64,000 nt of DNA from contig OZ024743.1 in NCBI GenBank assembly GCA_964016885.1, positions 371,628,001 to 371,692,000 of the forward strand, given 5' to 3'. Each line of letters starts with the position of its first letter. Within the stretch, counting starts at the first letter, position 1. Under the pieces are notes generated by a model. That model was given only the letters and a program-made list of their open reading frames with translations. It was not told where the DNA came from and did not search any database. This DNA is from Eledone cirrhosa. Its lineage: Eukaryota. Below are positions 37,522 to 49,520 of the stretch, in pieces. Made by a program: the position numbers and the translations under genes.

Positions 37522-39878
37522 AATCCTATCGGCAATGTAGGTAAATCCTATCGGCGACGCCAATAAACTCTGTTGTATTCCTCTCGGTACTCGCAGAGAA
37601 AACACAACGAGTTATATCAAATAATTTGTGCAATTTGCGAAACAACCAAAACGCCCCTCCTCGCAGTAGCAGAATAACATAAAGTAAGCCAGTCAGTCTG
37701 TGACTGAGTTTTTAATACCAACGCTGACTGACTGCCCAGGTCACGTGATTCATATGCAAATGTGTGAGCACGTGTAAATTGAACAAATCGAATTTAACAG
37801 TCCATACAACAATGAGGTTGTGAGTTCGATTCACAGTCCATACAACAGTAATATTTTATGGAAAAAATAAATCCTTTGTTATATTTCCTTGCTGTGCTTT
37901 CCTCTCTGGTCCTTCCACATGGACTACCAACATTAAGCATGCAGCCTTACAACCTAATCTTCCTTAGGAATCCTTCCTGCAACCCCCAAAAATATTATTC
38001 TAAAGAACTTTTCTGCTAAAGTGGTGACCTACCTGACGTGGGAATATTTCTTTCAGAAATATTCTTTAAAGAAAATTTTTTTACCAGCAATTTGAAATTA
38101 CTACACGTGAGGATTTTAAAACGCACTTGGTGCATCTTTCTGAAGGTAATTATTCACACTCAATGCATTGGTGGAAATTTTAATCATGTTTTGCTTTTGT
38201 TTGGTTTAAAACTAAGAAAAAAAAAACATTTTTTTCTTCTTCAAATGGAGAATTCAACAAGTAGCTGAAAAAAAAAAAATATTTTTTGTTTTTTGCCATT
38301 CTGGTCAATTCTTTGCCTTGAGGATATTGTTTGCCTCTGTCTTATTGTTTCATACAGACTGTATCTCTTTGTAATTATGAACCACTTGTCTTTACCAGCA
38401 TTCAATGGTGATGTAAGAGTTTGGTTCGCACAAATTGAGTCATACTTCACAGCAAGCAGTATTAGTTTGGAGCAACACAAGTTGCCTATTGTTCCTTCAT
38501 CCTTGTCGCTTACGCTGAAAGATTTAATTACGGATACACCTTCTGACGCTTCATATTCATCATTAAAGACTGAAATACTCCATAGGATATCTCTTTCTGT
38601 GGAAAAGCAGTTTCATCACGAGCATTTGGGCGACAGGACGCCGATCCAACTCCTGTGTAGGATGAAGGAGCTTGCTGAAGGCTCTTCCGAGAACAATTCC
38701 ATGCTAAAGAGGCTGTTCTTCTCATGTTTACCTTCGAGTGTGCAGGCCATTCTTGCCCCTATAATGGAAGTGTTGATCAGTTGGCTTCTTCGGCTGATAA
38801 CATCGTCGAATATTCCGAGAGCAAAGGTACTGAAAGGTTTGCCGCTGTTTCTTCTTCTCCCGCTACAGTGGCAGCAGCTACTCCTGACAGCAATTCAGCA
38901 GCGTTATAGGCCATCCTGAAGTTGACTCGTGAGGTAAGGGAAATGCATGCTTCTCATGATTCTCACCATCGATCGTCCAGTCGTCCCTCCTCACCAGGAC
39001 AACGTTCTTTTTCTCCTGCCTCTTCATTTATTTGCTGGTACCATAAGCGTTTCATAGAGAAAGCTCATAGATGCATTAAACCCTGTTTTTATGTCAATCC
39101 GGGAAACGCAAGCATGGGACACTGAGCACGACAGATGTCTCCAGTTCACATGTCCCTAGTTGTGCATTTTTCATGGAAGCTTTTTCTGGTGGATTCTGGC
39201 ACTTATTGCAGTATTTAGACTGCGAAATTCCTCAAGGACACTCCTCTTCCTTCAGAGATCACCCTGCAGGTGGTGAATCATTCACCTATACAAACTTTTA
39301 GTCAGATCTCGCTTTCTTTGGATCTCAATTTACAACGTGACTTTAAATGGATATTCGTCAGTGCTGACCTGCCATATCCAATCCTGGGAGCAGATTTTCT
39401 CCACCACTAGTCGCTTTTGGTGGACGTTTGTAAACAACGCCTCCTGGATAATACTACTAACTTTTCAATTCGTGGCAAAAATTCCAGTGCTCCATCTGTT
39501 GGCCTGACATCGCTGCTACAGGAGATGAATATCATAAACCTTTAGACTCTTTTCCGGCACTTACTAACTTAAATTTCCAAGTGAGTAATCCTGCTCACTC
39601 TACAAAGCATTTCATCTCTATGAATTCTCCAGTATTTTCTCGTCCTCATCGTTTACCTCCAGACAGACTCAAGCGGCAAAGGCTGAGTTTGATCATATGC
39701 TCCAACTGGGAATTATTCGTCTATCCACCAGTCCTTGGGCCTCTCCGCTGCGTATGGTTCCCAAGGGCTCTGAAGTTGGAGACCCACGGGCGATTTTAGA
39801 AGACTAAACGCCATGACTGTTCCTGATAGATATCCTATTCCTCATCTCCAGAATTTTTCGTCTTCGTTACAAGGAAGC

Positions 39879-42800
39879 CGGAAATAATTTGCTACCGGTG
39901 TAAGCGACCAGGCCACATCGCTACTAACTGCAACCAGGGAAACGATCCAAGGGGAACGACTGCGCCGGTAGTTGCCCCTTACGAGTAGCGGCGCTGCCCG
40001 TGGTGGAAGTCTTCGTGAGGGGGAAGCCACAGCGAGCCCTCGTGGATACGGGCTGTACGACGACACTGGTGACCACGGGGGTGGCGCAGAGGTGGGGAGG
40101 GAAGAGCAGTGTAAGGGCAGTCGACGGCAGGAAAATTGAATGCCGAGGTCGCAGCGAGATGGAAATAGCGGTACGGGGAAGGACGATAAGGCTTTCCGCC
40201 ATCGTGGTAGACAGTGTGGTGGATGGGATCAGCGTGGTTATGGGCATGGACGCGATTGGCCGTCTAGGGGGCGTCACGGTGAGCATTGTCGGTGTGTCGT
40301 TTGGCGCCGCTGCATCGGTATGCGCTGTGAGTGCACGTCATGAGAACCAGAAGGTCCACGAGGAGGAATACCCCGCTTACACTGTACAGGACAAAGACTT
40401 CAAGGCCGTGTTTGATGGGCAGCGATGGGTTGTTGAGTGGTACTGGAAGGGAGAAACACCAACACTGAAGACCAAAGTGGGCTGCTATCAACACACATTG
40501 AAGGGAAACGCTAGGAGCGAGTTCGAGCGAGAAGTAGAGAGATGGATCGAAGAGGGCATACTGCTTCCCTGGAAGGAGGAGGTGAAGTGCGGAGTATTGC
40601 CGTTGATGGCGGTGGTGCAACCCACGAAGAGCAAGGTGAGGCCGGTGCTGGACTATCGAGAGCTGAACGAGCACGTGTCATGCCACTCGGGTGGCGAGGT
40701 CATGGATGTCTGTGGGGAAACCCTGCATGAGTGGAGACGCATGACGGGGGGTTCAGCAATCGTGGATCTAAAGTCGGCTTACTTGCAGTTGCATATAGAT
40801 GAGAAGCTCTGGCGGTATCAGCTGGTCAGGTATAAGGGCCGGACATATTGCCTGACCAGGCTCGGTTTAGGGCTGAGCTCCGCACCGAAGATCATGGCGG
40901 CGGTCCTCAAGACCGCTCTGGGGATGGCCGACAAGATAAAGAGGGCTACTAACTCCTATATTGACGACATCCTAGTGGACGAGTCGGTGGTGTCGACGGC
41001 GGAGGTCACGAGCCATTTGTGGAGGTATGGACTGACTGCGAAGCCATCAGAAGCATTGGAGGGAGGAGCCGCGCTGGGACTTAGGCTACGGCGAGATAAG
41101 ACGGGCGTTTTGGTGTTCCAGAGGAGAAACGAAGTTCCGGAACTGGGCCCAAGTATGAATAGGCGGGAGCTTTTCTCGGTGTGTGGAAAGCTGGTGGGTC
41201 ACTACCCGATCGCAGGATGGCTCCGGACGGCATGCAGCTATGTCAAGAGACGAGCGGGAGGGGTGACTTGGAGTGACAGAGTGGGAGAGAGAACGGTGGC
41301 CATGATGCAGGAGATCGTGGGGAGGGTGAAGGCCGACGACCCAGTGCGGGGACGCTGGTACGTTCCCAAATCACGGAGCGGGACCGTATGGTGCGATGCC
41401 AGCAGCATAGCGCTGGGTGTCACGTTGGAGATAGGTGTTGAGGTCGAGGATGCAGCCTGGCTTAGAAAGAAGGATGACTGCAGCCACATCAATGTGGCCG
41501 AGCTGGACGCGGTGTTGAGAGGGGTGAACCTCGCCCTGCGGTGGGGGCTGCGCACCATCGAGATACGCACCGACTTGGCTACTGTACTCGGATGGGTAAG
41601 ATCAGTGCTCACCAGTGAGAAGAGAGTGCGAACGAGAGGCGTGGCGGAGATGCTGATAAAGCGCCGCCTGGGAACGTTAGGAGAGCTGGCCACCGAGTTC
41701 GACCTGAAGCTGAGCGTAGTGTTCGTGCCCTCAGAGAAATATAGGGCGGACATCTTAACTAGAGTGAAGAAGGCCTGGATGGAAGCGCCGGAGGAGGTAG
41801 AGGATGAGATAGCTGCCGTGTGTCGGCTGACCGAGTTAGACCTGAAGGGGTTGCATGACATGCACCACATGGGGGTGGATAGGAACCTGTTCCTAGCCAG
41901 GAGAATCGACTCGGACGTTAGCAGACACAGTGTTCGGGGGGTAGTTAGAGGCTGTGTCCGATGTCAGTCCATTGATCCCGCCCCGGGTGTACACGAAACG
42001 GGAAGCCTCCCGGTGGATTGCGACTGGAAGCGATTAGCGGTGGATGTGACGCACTACCGGCAGGGAACGTACCTCTCGATGGTCGACTGTGGACCAGGTC
42101 GAATGGCGATATGGAGGGAGATGAAGACTGGAACGGCCGAGGAAATCGTGCGGACGTTGAGAGAGGTGTTCTTGGAGCGGGGCCCTGTGGATGAACTGCT
42201 GATGGACAACAGCGCAGCGTTCCGCTCGGAGGCACTGAGGGAGATGCTCGATGGATGGAAGGTGGACTGTTTCTTCAGAGCGGCGCACAGGCCGAGCGGG
42301 AATGGAATCGTGGAGCGACACCACCGGACGATCAAGGCAATGGCGGAGCGGGGCCATATCTCACCAATGGAGGCAGTGTTCTGGTACAACATGTCCCCTC
42401 GGGTTGGACAGGTCGAGGAATCGGTGCCACATAGAGCAGTATTCAAATACGAGTGGCGGCACCCATGCACACCACCACAACGGCCAGTGGGGAGAGAGAG
42501 TGCATTCGTGCAGGTGGGCGAAGAAGTCTGGGTTAAGCCCCCAGATGCACGTTGCACATCTCAATGGGGAAGGGGAACGGTGACGGCCGTAAATTCAAAG
42601 AACAATGTGTCCGTGGACGGGGTACCACGTCATGTCCTGGATGTAAGAAGAATCACTGTGTCGACGGACTCCGAGGAAGAGGAAACCCAAGATGAGGTGG
42701 AAACCCAGAGCTCTGCCCCAATACTACGAAGATCGCAACGGAGTCGTAGACCACCGACCTGGACGGCAGACTTTCATATGCAGAGGGATGAGGAGGAAAT

Positions 42801-43147
42801 TGATCCTTGAGATCAGGGGGTGTGTGGGTATGGTGTGGCGTGCAGTGGCCGGAGGCGGGGGGAGTGCTCGACCGGAAGGGGTCTTTGGCCGGAAGGATGC
42901 TTGACCGGAAGGGGTCTTTGGCCGGAAGGATGCTCGACCGGAAGGGCCAGCAGAGGGCCTCTCTCTAGTGGTGACCAGCACACGGTGTGGACGTGAGTTT
43001 TGGGCAGCTCCCGGTGTTAAGCAGTCGGACGCACGTGGAAGAGGAGTACCTGCAGTGGAATTTAGCGGCGCCTGTGAAAAGCTGTAAGTGAGATAGCTCT
43101 TTCTAACCACATCAAGTACTTGCCTTTTCCGACAGTGGACTCGCACA
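39879..43147 (+). mobile_element. Gypsy E, GC-rich, 5' part deleted; 3' LTR at 42823-43147
   Basis: Gag knuckle CYRCKRPGHIATNC, GGGAAAC at 39937, long pol, PPT agggggtg, and a TGTG...CACA LTR with 33-bp tandem repeats. Confidence 0.9.
40000..42810 (+). CDS. pol: Uninterrupted Pol polyprotein of Gypsy E (PR-RT-RH-IN, 936 aa)
   Basis: LVDTGC, DLKSAYLQ, YIDD, CDASS, HDMHH..C..C, LAVDV, DN and GNGIVER; the frame is open back to the slippery site. Confidence 0.93.
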   Translation: MVEVFVRGKPQRALVDTGCTTTLVTTGVAQRWGGKSSVRAVDGRKIECRGRSEMEIAVRGRTIRLSAIVVDSVVDGISVVMGMDAIGRLGGVTVSIVGVSFGAAASVCAVSARHENQKVHEEEYPAYTVQDKDFKAVFDGQRWVVEWYWKGETPTLKTKVGCYQHTLKGNARSEFEREVERWIEEGILLPWKEEVKCGVLPLMAVVQPTKSKVRPVLDYRELNEHVSCHSGGEVMDVCGETLHEWRRMTGGSAIVDLKSAYLQLHIDEKLWRYQLVRYKGRTYCLTRLGLGLSSAPKIMAAVLKTALGMADKIKRATNSYIDDILVDESVVSTAEVTSHLWRYGLTAKPSEALEGGAALGLRLRRDKTGVLVFQRRNEVPELGPSMNRRELFSVCGKLVGHYPIAGWLRTACSYVKRRAGGVTWSDRVGERTVAMMQEIVGRVKADDPVRGRWYVPKSRSGTVWCDASSIALGVTLEIGVEVEDAAWLRKKDDCSHINVAELDAVLRGVNLALRWGLRTIEIRTDLATVLGWVRSVLTSEKRVRTRGVAEMLIKRRLGTLGELATEFDLKLSVVFVPSEKYRADILTRVKKAWMEAPEEVEDEIAAVCRLTELDLKGLHDMHHMGVDRNLFLARRIDSDVSRHSVRGVVRGCVRCQSIDPAPGVHETGSLPVDCDWKRLAVDVTHYRQGTYLSMVDCGPGRMAIWREMKTGTAEEIVRTLREVFLERGPVDELLMDNSAAFRSEALREMLDGWKVDCFFRAAHRPSGNGIVERHHRTIKAMAERGHISPMEAVFWYNMSPRVGQVEESVPHRAVFKYEWRHPCTPPQRPVGRESAFVQVGEEVWVKPPDARCTSQWGRGTVTAVNSKNNVSVDGVPRHVLDVRRITVSTDSEEEETQDEVETQSSAPILRRSQRSRRPPTWTADFHMQRDEEEIDP

Positions 43148-43264
43148 TTCTCTGTGACGTGTCTGCTGATTTACCTCGTCCTTTTGTTCCTGAGATTCAT
43201 CGCAGAATCGTATTCGACACTCTACACAACCTTTCACACCCTGGAGCCTCGGCCTCAGTAAAAC

Positions 43265-43734
43265 TTTAGAAGATTGGTATTATATATATATTTATTTACA
43301 GTTTTAGAAATAACATGAAAGGCTGATTTACTTTGTTTGTAGATAGGTTTACTTCGTGGAAGTCAAAAGAGAACAATATATAAGTTACTGGAGATACAGA
43401 GGTTGTTGATGTTTCAGGTAGCTGAATGGATTGAGACCAAAGTGTGTGCTGGAGTTTGTACTTGGAGAGAGAAGGTTCTTAACGTGTTCACGGGAGTAGT
43501 TTGTTATTTGCCTCCCACATGTCATGGATGAAATCGGCTCCATTCTCCAGGGCTGCTACATCGCTAATCAGAGTGAAGGAGCGAAAAAGAGAGAGAGAAT
43601 GCACTGGCGGTCTCAATATATAGTCCCCATGGAGACGTAACTCCGATTACTTCTTGTAGGTGACACTAGGGGTCACTACCGTCCCCAAGGGACGTAACTC
43701 TGAGTTCTGGGTTCCACCGCTAGGGCTCACTACA
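43265..43734 (-). mobile_element. Solo LTR F (TGTAG...CTAAA) in the integrase region of Gypsy C
   Basis: 4-bp TSD aaac at 43261-43264 and 43735-43738; shares gagttacgtccc and ggggactata motifs with LTR A. Confidence 0.88.
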
Positions 43735-46479
43735 AAACTCTTCTGGCCAAATATAAGACGCGATATTACTGCATGGTCTCGTTCTTGTCTCTTGTGCCAG
43801 AAGTCGAAGGTGCATAAACATCCGCGCTCTACTCGGTACTTTCAGTACACCTGATGCACGCTTTCACCACATTCATATTGATCTCAGGGGACCTTACCAT
43901 GTCAGCCATGGATATTCGTACATCCTGACCTTCATTTATCGGTGACATTACTGCTGAATCTGTAGCACGAGCTCTGGTATCAGGATGGATATCATGCTAC
44001 GGTGTTCCCACCACTATTACTGCAGACCGTGGTAGGCAGTTTGAATCTCGGAGATAACAAATATCATCGGTGCTCAACGTATCCAGACTACCAGTTACCA
44101 TTCTGCATCTAATGGAATGGTGGAGCGTTTTCATCGCCAGTTGAAGGCCGCATTGCGTGGCCTCTTAGTGCCTTTTTAGTGTATTACATTTTTTCATTCT
44201 TACATGCATTCATGCTGTTTTCTTTGCTTTCCATTTTTTTTATATTTTATCAATGTTTCGTCTACAGAGGGGTAAATGTAGTAAGCAAAGGCACTACATT
44301 TTGCGCTTGGTAAGTTGCCAGGCCTGTAAGTTGGCAGCATAGAAATACCAGGCAGTGATTTCCGCCCAGCAAACAAATTCGCGCCTTTTTTCACTTCTAG
44401 ACAGTTCCAGCTTCATTCTCGTACAAACAGGATGTTACTAAGTAAATTCCCTGGAGTGACTGGCAAGATGAAGCATTTACCAAGGGACTTTGGCCCTTTC
44501 AGCAAGGGCCCAGCAACCTGCTACCTAGATATATGCCACAATGGCTCCTAGCATTCTATTGTAATATTTTACGGAAAAAAAAAAATCCTTTATTATATTT
44601 ACTCGCTGTGCTTTCCTCTCTGATCCTTCCACATGGACTACCAACATTAAACACGCAGTCTTATAACCTAATCTTCCTTAAGGATCCTTCTTGCAACCAA
44701 AAAAAAATATTATTTTAAAGATAATGCTGCTAAAGTTTTCCTGTTATCCCACTACACATCTTGTGAGTCCGAGATCTGTATTGTGAACATTCTATTGAGT
44801 TTATGCCAACTCCTTTTCTACAGGAAGTAAAATAATGATGATGATGATGACTGCTACACCAGTCTTTGAGTATGACTCCACCATAAATAACTTGATTGAC
44901 TTTGTCCTGATGCCTTTAACATCTCAGCGACTATACCTGACGGCCTAGCGGCCTTACCATTTTTCATTTCTTTGATCCAATAGCCGTCAACCTCAATAGC
45001 TGGTCCCTCTATCAGTGCTGCTGGGGATAGTTTCTCTCTCTGACATTTCCAGGCCTGCTTTTTCTGAGCATCAGTGACACTAAGTGCACTGGCATCATTT
45101 CGAACACACTTATCTCCAACAGCATCCTGATTTACACTGACACACTGCCTTGCAATGTGGAACACCTCACGTCTCTGATCCTCTCGTATCAAAACATTGG
45201 CAAACTTCCTACTCTCAGCTTTACTTCGTGCTAGATGTCACTTGACATCTAGCCTCTTTTTTAGCAGCTGAGAACCTGTGTCTACTTCCCTCAATGGCTC
45301 TATCTACCATGCTGTTCCACCACCAAATCACCCTCTGTCTGGTTGGAGCTTTGCTCCAGCCACAAGTCTCTTCAGTTGTGTGCAGTATGATCTTTCAGTT
45401 GTTTTCTATATCATATAATTCTAGTCCATCTTCTCTCTCATCATACACATCCTGTAGGGCTTTCCTAGACCTATATTAAAGTGAAAGGTCCTTTAGCTTC
45501 CAGGCCCTCCTTTTCCATACCTTCCTGTGTGTCTCAGTCTGTCTCTTGCTAATTGAGATGACACTAACGACTGGGGTACATTCTTCCCCAGGGTATGCCT
45601 TAGTATTTGTAACCATCTGTCTGCCTCGTTCCCTAACTAGCAAGAAGTCAATCTGGCTTATGTGCTCGCCTGATTGGTAGGTGATTAGGTGATTGGCAGG
45701 TTTGCTGAAGTTAGTGTTGCAACGGGTTAGTTCACTTGCATCACAAAATTCAAGAAGCCTCACTTCTTCGTTTTTTTAGCCATAACCATAACCTCCATCC
45801 TAGCAGTTGCCTGCTAGTATGACTAGTATGTCACTATGGTTGTCTGTGGAAGTTGCTCATAAAAGCGGTTCTTCTCTTCTTGACCTAAGCCCGCTTGGGG
45901 ATTACTTTCTCTAACTACCTCTATTGTATTATTAATCCACTTCTCCGCTAGTAATATGCCTACCCCACCAATCTCATCTCCGCTTCCAACCCAGAAAAGC
46001 TTATAGCTAAGCTGTTTGCCTATGATTAGCCTTGCTGAGGCACCTCTCCATTTCACCTCTTGCACCCAGAAATCCTGTAATGTGTCATCTTCTGTTGATT
46101 TTTTTCCTTTTTTATCTGCAAAGAAGAAAATATGTAAAATTTAGATAAGAAAATATGTAAATTACTAAGCCTTTCCACTGCTTTGAATATTTCGACAATC
46201 AATAGTTGTGCAAGAACCCTTTCTGAAACTTTCATAATTTATTTTTTAGTTTTTTAGTTTTATGCCTCTTTCAAGAACATCAACTTTTCTCTTGTAAAAA
46301 TTAATGAGCAAACTGCTGCACCAGTCAGTGGGTATTACCTAATTGACTGGACTGTGCAAGTAACTAGTTCTGACAGTTCAGCAGCTTTACCATTTTCAGC
46401 TCCTTGATTGATTCTTTCGCGCTATAACTGTCAATTCTGATATATATATGTGTGTGCATGTGTGCATGTGTATATATAT

Positions 46480-47540
46480 ATCATCATCATTGTAATCATC
46501 GCCCTTTTAAACATGCTTTTCCATTCTTGCAGTGGTTGTACAGGTATTTTTCAGCATAGTATCCCACCATTTGTGTTTCTTTGTCATCTCTGTGAGCTTC
46601 GGTTATTTGAGATAATTCTCACCATTTCTACCAAGGTCTTCCTCTCCATCAGTTTCCTTTAACTGGGATTTCTTGGCACTACATCTGATTCCTCTTATAC
46701 ACAGATTTTCTCTCACTTCATCTATGCTCTCATTGGTTTTCTCCAACCTTCACTACCCATGTCTCATTCCACATAGCGTCACACATTGCACACAGGCATA
46801 ATACAGTCAGTCTTTTGTTGTTAATAGAGGTACTTTTCCACCGTGTCCTTATTTTAGCTACTATGTTCATGGTGAACGTCCCTTCACTGCTAATTTAGTC
46901 ACCTAGGTAACAAAAGCTATCAATCACTTCTTTAGATCTTTCCTGGGATTGGAAAAGGTTTATTTCACTGATACTCTTACTACATATTATCCCTGTGTGT
47001 CTACTACACAGTTAATTTCTTGGGTACCCAAGAAGTGTACTGAGATCAGTACACCTCTTGGGTACCCAAGCTTTACATTGTATACATCAAATAAAGTTTC
47101 TGACTATTTGAGGGATTAGTTCACTTCCTGAGATGCTTTCAGCATCTTAGCAACTACCTTTAGCAGTTCAGTGACTTTACCATTTTTTATTGCTTTTTTT
47201 ACTCTAAAATAGCTGTTGGGTCAGTTGGGGTAGTTTCTCTTCCTCCCACTCATTTTCCACATTCATCAACCTCTCGTATTTTCAGTCCTCTTTTTTCTTT
47301 TAGCATCAGTGATGCTAAATGTACCAGTGTTGTTTCGAACACACTTTTTCCCAACCACATCCTGATTTACACTGTCACACTGCTTTCCAATGCAGTATGA
47401 CCTCACAATGAATATGCACCTCACATATGCATTGGCATACCTCCTGCTTTCATCCTTTTCGCATACTATGTATACTTGTTGTCTAGATTGTCATCAGAAG
47501 CCTGTGGTACATAGGAACTTTCAATAGTCCTCCATCTCAC
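46480..47540 (-). mobile_element. Old decayed RTE fragments
   Basis: catcatcat tail, and patches matching the other RTE copies (cacctaggtaacaaaagctatc; ccaaccacatcctgatttacactg). Confidence 0.6.
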
Positions 47541-47864
47541 CATATGCTTTCTAGAACCTAGTTATTAGTCACATCAGAATAAACACAAGATAGAATAAGA
47601 AACATAGACAAATCTGGAGGAGGAGTGTTTGGAAGCTAAAAGACCTTTCTTGACACTCTGCTATCCAGGATCCCAGATGAGTTCACAGCATGGAACGAAG
47701 GTAACCTAAGGGCAACCAACACAAGCTGGATATAAAACATAGCAACATGAAACAAGCCGGATGGCTGTAACAGGTAAAAGTGTAAAAGAGTATGTGCTAA
47801 TTATTCACTTTCATCATTTTTGTAGCGTTGGTGTCATGATAAAATGCACCTGGTACACAGTAAG

Positions 47865-47975
47865 TTAATCCCGCCGAGGTTAACTTTGCCTTTCATCCTT
47901 CCGGGGTCGATAGAATAAAGTACCAGTAATGCATTGGGTAATTGCTGACCTTGTGCCAAAAGTAGAAACAATTAT
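47865..47975 (+). mobile_element. SINE family B, 5'-truncated
   Basis: atcccgccgaggttaactttgcctttcatcc...gtagaaacaattat. Confidence 0.85.
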
Positions 47976-48329
47976 ATATAGATGTGCATAGATGGAATTT
48001 GAAATTAACATTTGAAGATACCAGGTTTTTAGTTTGAAAGTGTACTAGGTATGATAAACTATACCATTCTCATTACCATTGTTTATCCTGATGGCATATC
48101 AGTTTACTATGCTAGCATTCTGAAACTAGACAGAGCAGATAACTAAGGTTTCTCCAGCCCAATCCTGATGCCAATCACCTACTGTGTACCAGGTGCATTT
48201 TATCATGACACCAACGCTACAACATTTCAATGTGGACTGGGTGTGTTTTATCTTAGAACCTGCAGAATCCAATACATTGTACAATTCAGAGAATAGGAGT
48301 TGTTGACCAATATCTATGTTAAGCAAATT

Positions 48330-48522
48330 GATAATTGTTTCTACTATTGGCACAAGGCCAGAAAATTACCCAGTACATTACTGGTACTTTATTTTATCGA
48401 CCCCATAAGGATGAAAGGCAAAGTTAACCTCGGCGGGATTTGAACTCAGAATGGCAAGGGCCGTAACTCTATGCGTCAAAGCATGGCGTCCGAACCTCTA
48501 CCGATACTGCCAATCCACCGCC
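48330..48522 (-). mobile_element. SINE family B, full length
   Basis: Matches 7866-8272, including the tRNA-like head. Confidence 0.85.
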
Positions 48523-48869
48523 ATTGATAATACAACACTGACACAATCCAACACATCCACCAAATTGATAATACAACACTGACACAAGGCAAGCACACTG
48601 TTGACTCAACCTAATGTAACTCATTTTCTTCAACCATTATTCAGAACATTTAGTGTGTTGGTCTAGAATAGGTACTAGATCATTTGGGAATATTACTCCC
48701 AAAGAGACTGACAGGGTAATATTTTAGTTTAGTTATTTTAACTAAAAATAATGATTTAAAATGTAATTTTTCACCCTGTGCTGGTACTATGCCAGAACCG
48801 AATGTGAGAGCAAAATGTGGTAATCTGATCCATATATATAAGTGTGTTAAGTTTGCTTTAAGCATTGTG

Positions 48870-49520
48870 GAATATGAAAAATAATCGATTTGGAAGCCTC
48901 AACAATGCAGATGGGTAAATCTCTGGGTAACAAAATCAAGGTTTTATCCAGAGTGCTTCCTTGATCTTTCAAGTTCCAATGTTGCGCTCCGTCGCTAACA
49001 CTGTGACAGTGGGCCTTCCATCTTTGTCTCCGCATTTGATGATGTATTTTCGGAAAGACGAGGCTCTAGTGTTGACATGTTCTTTGATCTGGATGTGTAG
49101 AGGTTGGATGGTGCTACTGATGTAGAATTCTATACACCTGTCACATTCAATCTTATATACAACAGTTGGTGAGAGGTTTCCTGGAGAGGCATCTCGGTAG
49201 GGAGAGCCACAAGTGGGCAAAATGGATGTCAAGATTGCACTGATTGTTTTTTTGCCCAGGTGCGGGATCTTAAAGAAGCACTTATCTTTCGGGTTTGTCT
49301 GCTTCCCCTGGGGTCCTTTATTTTGTTCGTAAAAGATGCTGGATATCCATTTGTTTCCAACACCCTGTGGAACTGCTTGATGTGGGTGACACTACTCATG
49401 GGATTACAGCATCTATCTGTTATCCACGTGACCTCATTTGTGATGTACCCTCTTTTGGCACTGTTAGGAAGGTCACCTATTGAAATTGACGGACAGGTCC
49501 CTGCAGGGACAATTATCTCT
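48870..49520 (-). mobile_element. Penelope-like element fragment (RT C-terminus and GIY-YIG endonuclease)
   Basis: VVYKIECDRCIEFYISST..LHIQIKEH is a degenerate GIY-YIG motif; NGYP lies upstream. Confidence 0.8.

Larger units (their letters stand above)
28630..37847 (-). mobile_element. Gypsy D (Mag-like), inserted in the 5' LTR of Gypsy C
   Basis: LTRs at 28630-28898 and 37571-37847 (TGTTGTA...TACAACA); 5-bp TSD gtaat; PPT cggtggggagg; tRNA-Ser-like PBS tggcgtcgccgataggat. Confidence 0.93.
28329..44734 (+). mobile_element. Gypsy C (CsRn1 clade), heavily decayed, with nested insertions
   Basis: 5' LTR is 28329-28629 plus 37853-38020 and 3' LTR is 44277-44734; 4-bp TSD gttt; Trp-type PBS at 38022; gag CHCC CWYHKRFIEKAHRCIKPC; pol remnants at 39100-39878 and 43148-44160. 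Confidence 0.9.
27624..46065 (-). mobile_element. RTE LINE hosting the LTR nest (pieces 27624-28328 and 44735-46065)
   Basis: (cat)n tail at 27624 and LHGSETW motif. The sequence continues after Gypsy C (attagttt|tcctgttatccc); EN motifs QEVKWRG and SQIDFLLV are in the right piece. Confidence 0.85.

Noticed and set aside
41238-43146. Several long antisense ORFs over Gypsy E
   Set aside because: Expected shadow ORFs of GC-rich coding sequence; no motifs.
46060-46440. Possible host exons on the minus strand (tttgcag acceptor near 46115)
   Set aside because: No recognisable protein, stops in the flanking frames and an implausibly short intron; cannot be supported.
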